DNA of 64,000 nt, taken from the IMG/VR virus record IMGVR_UViG_3300045747_000172; one strand, 5' to 3'. Both the position numbers and the translations under genes were made by a program. Shown piece after piece: positions 56,521-64,000 of this stretch. Position 1 is the first letter of the stretch. Every line of letters starts with the position of its first letter. This DNA comes from an uncultured virus (IMG/VR IMGVR_UViG_3300045747_000172) (lineage: Duplodnaviria; Heunggongvirae; Uroviricota; Caudoviricetes). The notes beneath the pieces were generated by a model that was not told the origin of the DNA, searched no databases, and was given only the letters and a program-made list of their open reading frames with translations.

Positions 56521-57291
56521 ATGTCTGGAACCAATCAGTATCTCGCCTTCGGCACCGGGGGCGCCGCGAACACCCTCTCCTACGCTGCCTACTCCGCGCT
56601 GACCACGGTCATCGCCAATGGCTTTCAGCCGGGCATCGCACTCAGCGAGCAGGTCAACACGGTCCTGCGGCAGGCGACGGTTGCCTCCTCAGGGCTGGCC
56701 AAGTTCTCGACGGACAATGGCACGCTGGACTGCCTGGACGACGGAAGTCCCGCGAACTTCGCGGCGGCGCTGCTCAACGCGATCCAGGCTGTCATCAACT
56801 CTACCCAGGGGTGGAAGACCGGGGACGTGAAGGGCACGACAGACTCGAACATGGCGCACCACCCGGGCTGGCTCAAGCTCAACGGGCAAGTGGTCAGCCG
56901 CAGCACGTACTCGGCACTGTTCACCCTCTACGGCACCACGTTCGGGGCAGGGGACGGCAGCACGACATTCGGCCTGCCGGACACACGCGGTGAGTTCCTG
57001 CGCAACTGGGACGACGGTCGAGGCATTGACGGCAGCCGCGCACTCGCCACCTTCCAGGCCGCCCAGCTCCAGGCCCACAAGCACGTGATGGCTTGGGGTG
57101 AGGCGGGCTCAGGCGCTTTCGGCCAGACCACAAACACAGGCCACGCCGGATCGAATGCCACGGACTTCGACAACTACTTCTTCAACACCAACGACGGCAC
57201 GGCATTCGACGGGGCACCCGGCAACGGCTCAATCGTTGGTGCTGAGACGCGCCCCCGCAACTTCTCGGTCCTGCTGCTCGTTCACATCTAA
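56521..57291 (+). CDS. Short tail fibre with collar domain
   Basis: GWLKLNG..VSRSTYSALF, LPDTRGEFLR, HKH and ETRPRN. Confidence 0.88.
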   Translation: MSGTNQYLAFGTGGAANTLSYAAYSALTTVIANGFQPGIALSEQVNTVLRQATVASSGLAKFSTDNGTLDCLDDGSPANFAAALLNAIQAVINSTQGWKTGDVKGTTDSNMAHHPGWLKLNGQVVSRSTYSALFTLYGTTFGAGDGSTTFGLPDTRGEFLRNWDDGRGIDGSRALATFQAAQLQAHKHVMAWGEAGSGAFGQTTNTGHAGSNATDFDNYFFNTNDGTAFDGAPGNGSIVGAETRPRNFSVLLLVHI

Positions 57292-57302
57292 GGGGCACGG
57301 CC

Positions 57303-59831
57303 ATGCCGTTCACCAATGAATTCAAAGCCTTTGCGGTAGGCACGGGCAACGACAACACCTCCCAGGCTGACTACGTCACCGCTGCCTGGCGTGAGACCGG
57401 CTTCGTCAGCGGCATCCTGTCGCACCAGAAGATCAACAAGGTACTACGCCAGGCGACGTTCTGGGCTGCGGCACACGCGCAGACCATGAGTGACTTGCTC
57501 CAGATTGACGTCACGGACAACGGGGATGTCGGAGCACTCGTCACCCAGATGAAGGTGCTCCTGAGCGCAGGCTTGGTCTACAACCCGGGCATCACGTATC
57601 CCGCAGGAAGCATCGGAGCGAAGCTCAGTAACCTGGACACCACAGGCGGCTCGGCATTCAACGCGGACAACATCAAGGCGCTTGTTGCCGGCGCGTTGTC
57701 CGAGGACCAGTTCACGATCGCGCTCAAGAACCGGCTGAGCCAGATCGACGCGCCAGTGACGGGTTTGGTCACGCAGGTGTCGACCCTGATCGCCACCTAC
57801 GGCACCACGGTGAGTGCTGCTCAGAGTGCCGCTGACGCTGCCACCGCTGCCGCCAGTGCGATCGCTGCGCAGAACGCCGCCGCGATCAGTGCAGGCGCTG
57901 CGTTCACGAGTCAGTCCAACGCTGCCACGAGTGCCACCACCGCCGCCACCCAGGCCAGCAATGCGAGCACGAGTGCATCCCAGGCCGCCACGAGCTCCTC
58001 GAGTGCGGCAGGCAGCGCCTCGAGTGCTTCAGGGAGTGCTACCGCAGCGGCGAACAGTGCGTCACTGGCGGGAACCAAAGCGACAGCAGCCGCGACGAGC
58101 GCATCTGCAGCCAGCACCAGTGCAACGGATGCAGCGGGCTACGCCACCGCGGCCAACACCAGTGCGACCAACGCTGCCACGAACGCAGGCAGTGCCTCGA
58201 CCAGTGCTTCGTCGGCCAGCACCAGCGCCAGCACTGCGACCACGAGCGCCAACACTGCGGTCACGCAAGCGAACCTGGCTAGCACCAGCGCCAGCAACGC
58301 GGCCACGAGTGCATCCGCAGCGGCGACCAGTGCAACGGCGGCGAACAGCAGTTCCAGCACTGCAACGACGCAGGCAACGAATGCAGGGAACAGTGCCACC
58401 GCAGCGAACACCAGTGCGCTGAATGCAAGCTCGAGTCAGACCGCAGCAGCGGGCAGTGCAACCGCTGCATCAGGTAGTGCGACTTCCGCAGCGGGCAGTG
58501 CCACTACGGCGACCAATCAAGCCAATGCGGCCAACACCAGTGCCAGCAACGCGAACACATCAGCCACCAACGCTGCCAGCAGCGCCTCGAGTGCTTCGGG
58601 CAGTGCCACCAGTGCTAGCACCAGCGCGGGTAATGCAGCCACGAGCGCGGGCACTGCAACGACGCAGGCAGGCAATGCCTCGACCAGTGCATCCAATGCA
58701 AGCAGTTCCGCGAGCAGCGCCAACACCAGTGCACTCGCAGCCGCCTCGAGTCAGACCGCAGCGGCGGGGAGTGCTTCAGCTGCATCAGGCAGTGCCAGCA
58801 CCGCGAGCACTCAGGCCAGCAACGCAGGCACGAGTGCGTCCGCGGCCGCAACCAGTGCTACCGCCGCAAGCACCAGCGCCTCCAGCGCCAGCACGAGTGC
58901 TAGTAACGCCAGTACTAGTGCCAGCAACGCAGCGGGCAGCGCAAGTACAGCCAGCACCGCCGCCGGCAACGCAAGTACGAGTGCCACGAACGCAGGGAAC
59001 AGCGCGACAGCAGCGAACAGCAGTGCCAGCACCGCGAGCACATCGGCCACCAACGCCTCGAACAGTGCCACTGCCGCTGCTCAGTCCTACACGGACACGG
59101 TCAGCGCCACCGGGGCCCTCACCGCATCCGTCTCGACCCTGAGCAGCACGGTCGCATCGCTGAGTGGGACAGTCGGCACGGTCTCGGCCAACTACACCCT
59201 GAAGGTTGCAGCCACACGCAGCGACGGCAAGCTGGTGCTCGGAGGCATCGGTGTCGCCAGTACCGCTTCCGGGACCATCGGTCAGTCCGAGATCCTCATG
59301 CAGGCGGACAAGCTCGTCTTTGTGCCGTCTAGCAACCCGAATGCGGCGCTGACGAACCTCATGGTGGTGGGCACCATCAACGGCGTCACCACGCTGACCA
59401 TTCCTGGGAGCATCATCGGGGACCTGACGGTAGGCACCCTGAGCATTGCGAACAACGCGGTGACCATCCCGGTGGCGGTGGACATGACCAGCGCCGTCTC
59501 GATCAACACCTATGACACGACAATCATGTCAGTACCGCTAGACCCAGGCGGTGCGCCAATGTTGGTGTTGTTTGACAACGCGAATTACTTGCAGTTCATG
59601 GGGTCGTATTGCACCTACAAGATCAAGGTCAACGGCACCACCGTAAAGACAGTCGCTGCTCCTCCCACCATCTCCAATGGTTCGACGCAGCGCATGTCCT
59701 TCCAGGCCTACGTCCCGGGCGGCTATTCGGGAACAACCACTATCACCGTCACTGCCTCCAGTCCCTCAGGGTTCAGTTATGCAACTGCACTAGCTGACGG
59801 CTTCCTCGTAGTCATCGGGTTGAAGAAATGA
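57303..59831 (+). CDS. Long tail fibre with Ser/Ala/Thr heptad stalk
   Basis: Baseplate-anchor N-terminus, roughly 450 aa of A/S/T repeats, YTLKV...GGIG...ADKL segment and a variable tip. Confidence 0.85.
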   Translation: MPFTNEFKAFAVGTGNDNTSQADYVTAAWRETGFVSGILSHQKINKVLRQATFWAAAHAQTMSDLLQIDVTDNGDVGALVTQMKVLLSAGLVYNPGITYPAGSIGAKLSNLDTTGGSAFNADNIKALVAGALSEDQFTIALKNRLSQIDAPVTGLVTQVSTLIATYGTTVSAAQSAADAATAAASAIAAQNAAAISAGAAFTSQSNAATSATTAATQASNASTSASQAATSSSSAAGSASSASGSATAAANSASLAGTKATAAATSASAASTSATDAAGYATAANTSATNAATNAGSASTSASSASTSASTATTSANTAVTQANLASTSASNAATSASAAATSATAANSSSSTATTQATNAGNSATAANTSALNASSSQTAAAGSATAASGSATSAAGSATTATNQANAANTSASNANTSATNAASSASSASGSATSASTSAGNAATSAGTATTQAGNASTSASNASSSASSANTSALAAASSQTAAAGSASAASGSASTASTQASNAGTSASAAATSATAASTSASSASTSASNASTSASNAAGSASTASTAAGNASTSATNAGNSATAANSSASTASTSATNASNSATAAAQSYTDTVSATGALTASVSTLSSTVASLSGTVGTVSANYTLKVAATRSDGKLVLGGIGVASTASGTIGQSEILMQADKLVFVPSSNPNAALTNLMVVGTINGVTTLTIPGSIIGDLTVGTLSIANNAVTIPVAVDMTSAVSINTYDTTIMSVPLDPGGAPMLVLFDNANYLQFMGSYCTYKIKVNGTTVKTVAAPPTISNGSTQRMSFQAYVPGGYSGTTTITVTASSPSGFSYATALADGFLVVIGLKK

Positions 59832-60196
59832 AAACTTACGCAGCATGCACACCGTCGGGCGTCATTCAGTACACGGTAACCACGAATGTCGTACCTGACA
59901 ACACTCCCGAATTCACGTTCGTTGAGGTTTCGAGAGACTTTGATGGAACAGCGCACCATTTCGACGCTGCCAACAACAATATCATGCCGGGCAGTCACCC
60001 GGGCATGGAAGCGCACACGGACACACTGGACAAGTCTGACTTGCTAACGAAAATCACCGTGCTTGAACGGGGGCAGTACCGTGCTATGCGCGAACTGCTC
60101 ATTTCACTGTCGACGGGAACTGAGTGCTCGCAAAAGGCGCTCGACCAGCTGGTCGAGATTGACGACCAAATTGTGGCACTGAGATCCAAGCTCTAG
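59828..60196 (+). CDS. Putative tail fibre assembly protein
   Basis: Coupled to the fibre gene; ITVLE..QYRAMRE...IVALR. Confidence 0.65.
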   Translation: MKTYAACTPSGVIQYTVTTNVVPDNTPEFTFVEVSRDFDGTAHHFDAANNNIMPGSHPGMEAHTDTLDKSDLLTKITVLERGQYRAMRELLISLSTGTECSQKALDQLVEIDDQIVALRSKL

Positions 60197-60213
60197 AAAA
60201 AGGACACAGGACC

Positions 60214-60552
60214 ATGCCTTCTGACAACAAGGATGAAGGTTTCGTAACGCACCACGAGCTCGCCCAGTGCCTGACGCACTCGGAGCGGCGCGTGAGGGAT
60301 GACCTCGAGGAGCACATCATCACCATGATCAACACCCATGTGGACTCCGCGCTCGAATCCCGCCTGCTCACGGAAGAGGAGCGGCAGTGGGTGAAGCTCG
60401 CAGTAAAGCACCAGTCCCAACAGATCGCATTGCGTCAGGCAATCATCGACAAGACCCTGACCGCACTGATCTGGGCAACAATCGTCGGTATCGGAACCTT
60501 CATCTGGCAGGTGGGTATCGAGTGGGCTACCAAACACGGGTTCAAACCCTAA
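60214..60552 (+). CDS. Putative holin
   Basis: Single C-terminal hydrophobic helix; lies upstream of the endolysin. Confidence 0.55.
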   Translation: MPSDNKDEGFVTHHELAQCLTHSERRVRDDLEEHIITMINTHVDSALESRLLTEEERQWVKLAVKHQSQQIALRQAIIDKTLTALIWATIVGIGTFIWQVGIEWATKHGFKP

Positions 60553-60566
60553 CCAGGAGAGCTACT

Positions 60567-61358
60567 GTGGATGCACGACAACAAGCAATCGCCCGACTGA
60601 AGGCCAGGAACTACGCCTGGCCGATACCCTGGGAGATCGTCTACGAGATGGCGTTCAACGAAGACTGCCGGCTCGTGGCCTACAAGTGCCCGGCAGGGGT
60701 CTGGACCATCGGCTGGGGTGACACGGACAACGTGGTGCCCGGCCAGATTGCCACCGCGGACCAGGTGGACCTGAAGTTCTTCCACGACACCTGCATCTAC
60801 GCAGGCCAGGTGAGGAACATGTGCACGAGTGCCACCAACGAGAACCAGCTGGGAGCACTGGTCAGCCTCGCCTACAACATCGGTCTCGGGGGCAAGAGCA
60901 CCAAGAAGGGCCTCTACGCAAGCCCGGTGCGGTCGCTCCACAACCAGGGGAAGTACCTCGATGCGTCACGTGCCTTCAACCTGTACAACAATGCAACGGT
61001 CAACGGTGTCTTTTCGGAACTACCCGGCCTCACCGCACGCAGGGCAATGGAGGGGGCGCTCTACCTCAGGCCGATCCCGGGTGACCTGCCAACCCAGGCG
61101 CCCGTGCAGGAAGTGGCCCCACCGAGCAACCTCACGGTCAGTCCGATTGCCGTCGCCGGCGGGGCGACTGGTGTGTCTGGTGTCGTGAAGGTCGTCACCG
61201 AGTACAGTGACCAGGCGAAAACTGTCCTCGACCAGGTCGCATCCACTGCCACGACCTTCGGCCTCAACCCGGGCATGGTACTGGGTGTGGTGCTTCTGGT
61301 GGCAGGTGCGGTGGCCGTGTACTATCGCTACAAGCAGCGGAGCGGCGGGTGGGCCTGA
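60567..61358 (+). CDS. Endolysin (GH24 lysozyme) with C-terminal transmembrane segment
   Basis: EDCRLVAYKCPAGVWTIGWG, SLAYNIG and GLTARR; GGAG RBS before GTG. Confidence 0.9.
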   Translation: MDARQQAIARLKARNYAWPIPWEIVYEMAFNEDCRLVAYKCPAGVWTIGWGDTDNVVPGQIATADQVDLKFFHDTCIYAGQVRNMCTSATNENQLGALVSLAYNIGLGGKSTKKGLYASPVRSLHNQGKYLDASRAFNLYNNATVNGVFSELPGLTARRAMEGALYLRPIPGDLPTQAPVQEVAPPSNLTVSPIAVAGGATGVSGVVKVVTEYSDQAKTVLDQVASTATTFGLNPGMVLGVVLLVAGAVAVYYRYKQRSGGWA

Positions 61359-61855
61359 CCCTGCTCCTGGGGCTCGGCCGCGGTGCCCTGGGATGGCTCA
61401 CGAAGGTCCCTCTGTGGGTCTACGCAGCGTTGGCGGTACTGATCTGGGGTGCTGTGGGGTACCACCAGGCCGCCAACCTGAAAAGGGAGAAGCAGGCCGC
61501 GGCAGTCGCCGTGATGCAGGAAACCTCACGCCTCGAGGCTCAGGCCCGGGCAAAGGAGAAGCAGGATGGAATCGTCAACCAGGCCGTCACGGACAGTCTC
61601 GTCCGCACTATGGCGAGGGCTGCCACTGAGCGTAGTGCTTCTGAGCAGCGGCTGCGCGCTGTGGCAGCAGCCTGGGCCGCAAGTCAAGCCAGCGGCGACG
61701 CCTGCGCCGGCAGAGGAGGTGATGGTGCCCCCACCGTCGCAGTCCTTTCGGAGTCGGTACGAGGAGATCTTGATGCGCTCGTGGCCGACGCGGATACCGT
61801 CGCAGGGCGCCTCAGCGCCTGCCAGCGGTACATCAGGGAAGTAGTCAAACCCTGA
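61349..61855 (+). CDS. i-spanin (Rz-like)
   Basis: N-terminal transmembrane segment, coiled coil and ACQRY. Confidence 0.8.
   Translation: MGLTLLLGLGRGALGWLTKVPLWVYAALAVLIWGAVGYHQAANLKREKQAAAVAVMQETSRLEAQARAKEKQDGIVNQAVTDSLVRTMARAATERSASEQRLRAVAAAWAASQASGDACAGRGGDGAPTVAVLSESVRGDLDALVADADTVAGRLSACQRYIREVVKP
61566..61844 (+). CDS. o-spanin (Rz1-like) embedded in the i-spanin gene
   Basis: Lipobox-like VVLLSSGC and a Pro-rich mature region, in a different frame inside the i-spanin gene. Confidence 0.7.
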   Translation: MESSTRPSRTVSSALWRGLPLSVVLLSSGCALWQQPGPQVKPAATPAPAEEVMVPPPSQSFRSRYEEILMRSWPTRIPSQGASAPASGTSGK

Positions 61856-62129
61856 TCACTGGCACACCACGTTCATCGGCGGCGTTGTAGCCTTCCTGGA
61901 AGAACGTGGTCTGCTGGGGGATCTGCCTGACCCCCTTCATCACCGGCTTCACCACCGTGTGCCCCAGCCTGGGCAACGCTGCGTTGTGCACGCCGCGTGC
62001 GGGCATCCACTTCTTCACGATCAAGCCAGGGCCGTGCTCTGCGATGAGGCGCTGGAGCTCGGCCACGTATTCCTCGGCCGTGATTGCGGGGAAGCGCCAG
62101 GGGTCGGTGGGGAAGAAGTCGTCTGACAT
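61845..62129 (-). CDS. Hypothetical protein
   Basis: AAGGAG RBS; MSDDFFPTDPW...; convergent with the lysis cassette. Confidence 0.6.
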   Translation of the reverse strand: MSDDFFPTDPWRFPAITAEEYVAELQRLIAEHGPGLIVKKWMPARGVHNAALPRLGHTVVKPVMKGVRQIPQQTTFFQEGYNAADERGVPVIRV

Positions 62130-62548
62130 GTGGGCTCCTTGGTGACGAACAGGCGGTAAGGGTAGCGGTCGGGATGGCGCGCCGCCAGGCCACACCACTC
62201 GATCTGGTGGAGAGCGTACTTGGACCGGCAGGCCCGCGCAAGCTCCGTGTCTTCGTCGGGCATGTCCACGTCCGAGAGGCTGCTCCAGTACTCACCGTTC
62301 CACCAGCGCCGGCAGAGCAGCGCGATCCCCGTGACCTTCCGGGTGAGATACCACCCGACCATGGGTGGGGCGTGTGTGGAGGTCAAGGCCCAGGGTGTCG
62401 TACCAACGAGGACCTCGGCGACGACGGTAGGACTCTCGCTGGGCAGCGGTAGGTCGAGTTGCTTCATGGGATCTCTTCTTGGGTTGAGGCGTTGCAGGGT
62501 GTCGGCCATCTGCTTCCGCACGGCCTTCTCGGTGGTCCAGGGTTGCAC
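62021..62548 (-). CDS. Hypothetical protein
   Basis: GGAG RBS before GTG; PPMVGWY...RWWNG..W...IEWCGL. Confidence 0.6.
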   Translation of the reverse strand: MQPWTTEKAVRKQMADTLQRLNPRRDPMKQLDLPLPSESPTVVAEVLVGTTPWALTSTHAPPMVGWYLTRKVTGIALLCRRWWNGEYWSSLSDVDMPDEDTELARACRSKYALHQIEWCGLAARHPDRYPYRLFVTKEPTCQTTSSPPTPGASPQSRPRNTWPSSSASSQSTALA

Positions 62549-62562
62549 GGTAGTTCTCCGAT

Positions 62563-63999
62563 TCAGGCGGTGCGGGCTCTGCGCCGAAGCTCAGGAGGTG
62601 CCGCTGCACCATTTGGATTCGCATCTGTGGGGGCATCGGCACTTCCTTTCAAACATAGGCCGGATAGATCGAAACGGGTGCCGTGCTCCTTGGTCTTGAT
62701 GGCACCCACTTGACCCCTGAAGCCGCTGAAGCCCAGGGTCCTGTGGTCGAGCACCCAGATCTGCCGATGCTCGTCCTCTGCACGCTGCTCGAGGGCCTCC
62801 ATGAGGTCCTGCACACCCTGGGGACTGAGCCACTGGGTGGGTTCGTCCCAGACCTCGAGTGCCAGGGGACTGTTCGTCCGCTGCCGGATGAGGTTCGAGA
62901 GCCCCATGTTCGCCGCCAGGCGCAGGCGTTGGCTCTCACCACCACTCCACGCCTCCCAGGGCACCGCCTTGTCGTTGTGGGGGCTGAGCACACTCACGCT
63001 GAAGCCCCGGGACAGGGTACCGCTCTTGGTCTCCTTGTCAACGTCGAACAGGAGTGTCCAGTCCTGTAGCCCGAGCCGGGTGATGCAGGAGTTGACCTCG
63101 AGCTCCAGCTGGTCGAGTGCCTCCGAGATCAGGCCCAGGCGGATCTCCTTGAACCACGTCGCCCAAGAGCTCGCCAGACTCTCCTCCTCCTCCGCCTTGC
63201 GCTGCTCCTGTTCCAGCGAGTAGATCTGGCTGTGCAGGTCCGCCAGGAATTCACGGTCACGGTGGGCGCGGTCAGCGTAGGGGTTCACTTCCTTCTCGAT
63301 GCCCTCACTCCGGGACTCCAGCTGGTCCAGCGTCTTGTCGATCGCCGCGATGTCACGCTCGGTCTGCCGGACACCGGTCTGCGCGTCACTCAGGGCCAGC
63401 AGGCACTCCTTGGCCTGCGCCTTCAGCTGCACCACCAGTTCAATGGCACCGTGCATGGTGGCCTTGATGGCACTGCCGCATGTAGGGCAGACACGAGGCA
63501 GGTTGTCAGCGAACCCGCGGCTGGGCTCGGCCTTGCGCTGCTCGCGGTGGTGCTCTGCCGACAAGACCATCTGCTCGACGCGGTCGTACTCCACCTGCTT
63601 GACCTTGACCTCCCCACGCCGATCGGTGAGGCGCTGCTCGAGGTCCTTCTGACGCCGTATCAGGCCCAGGTACTCCTGCTCGATGCTCTTCAGGCGCAAC
63701 TCACGCTGGGCTTCCCAGTCGGCAACAGGGTCCGTCTTCTGGGCTTCCAACATCACCGCCAAACGCCCTTGTAAACCTGAGAGGGTGGAATCGGACCTGT
63801 CGAGCCATCTTCGTGTCTCAGACGCCTTGTCTGACGCCTTCTTGGCGTATTCGAGCCACTTGTCCAGACCCATCACCTCAGCGAACAGTGCGGCCTTGGG
63901 CTCAGCCTTCATGTCGAGGAACATGTCACGGCCCTGGGCCATGAGGATGCTGCTCAGGAAGGTACTGAACTCCAGCCGCAGTGCCGCCAGCAGCGGATT
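62563..63999 (-). CDS. SbcC/Rad50-like ATPase; 5' end outside the window
   Basis: Q-loop AQG, coiled coil with CPTC hook, signature WSGGE, Walker B VWDEP and H-loop LDH; the frame is open to the window edge. Confidence 0.92.
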   Translation of the reverse strand, partial: NPLLAALRLEFSTFLSSILMAQGRDMFLDMKAEPKAALFAEVMGLDKWLEYAKKASDKASETRRWLDRSDSTLSGLQGRLAVMLEAQKTDPVADWEAQRELRLKSIEQEYLGLIRRQKDLEQRLTDRRGEVKVKQVEYDRVEQMVLSAEHHREQRKAEPSRGFADNLPRVCPTCGSAIKATMHGAIELVVQLKAQAKECLLALSDAQTGVRQTERDIAAIDKTLDQLESRSEGIEKEVNPYADRAHRDREFLADLHSQIYSLEQEQRKAEEEESLASSWATWFKEIRLGLISEALDQLELEVNSCITRLGLQDWTLLFDVDKETKSGTLSRGFSVSVLSPHNDKAVPWEAWSGGESQRLRLAANMGLSNLIRQRTNSPLALEVWDEPTQWLSPQGVQDLMEALEQRAEDEHRQIWVLDHRTLGFSGFRGQVGAIKTKEHGTRFDLSGLCLKGSADAPTDANPNGAAAPPELRRRARTA

Positions 64000-64000
64000 G

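Noticed and set aside
57810..59100. Repetitive DNA resembling an array
   Set aside because: These are degenerate in-frame codon repeats of the fibre stalk, with no constant repeat and unique spacer structure.

Overview
The whole window is GC-rich DNA from a tailed phage with a contractile (myovirus-type) tail; no integrase, tRNA or CRISPR array is visible. A leftward replication and DNA-modification arm (1-16.8 kb) encodes a family A DNA polymerase with an N-terminal UDG-like domain, a beta-clamp, primase, SNF2 and DnaB helicases, a 5'-3' exonuclease, and DpdA/QueF/FolE/QueC/QueE. A rightward arm starts at a divergent promoter (~16.9 kb). It carries early accessory genes (ParB-like, DUF932-like, QueD, MazG-like), HNH and terminase, a ~9 kb insert of cargo-like genes (SGNH hydrolase, topoisomerase IB, NUDIX), the portal/head/neck/tail/baseplate genes, two tail fibres and a lysis cassette. 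A convergent leftward SbcC/Rad50-like gene ends the window. Three signals stand out. (1) Unrelated enzymes share N-terminal leaders with the capsid proteins (RLL.PSR..RA.THD; HIHIH..VRD..HPR[DE]), suggesting a capsid-targeting and protease-cleavage code that would package a topoisomerase IB and carbohydrate-active enzymes. (2) A complete preQ1-type 7-deazaguanine DNA modification pathway includes a QueC lacking the zinc cysteines. (3) A short RxR[KRN]PL motif recurs in unrelated proteins, and there is a structured ncRNA candidate. All family calls come from motif recognition by eye; no database searches were run.
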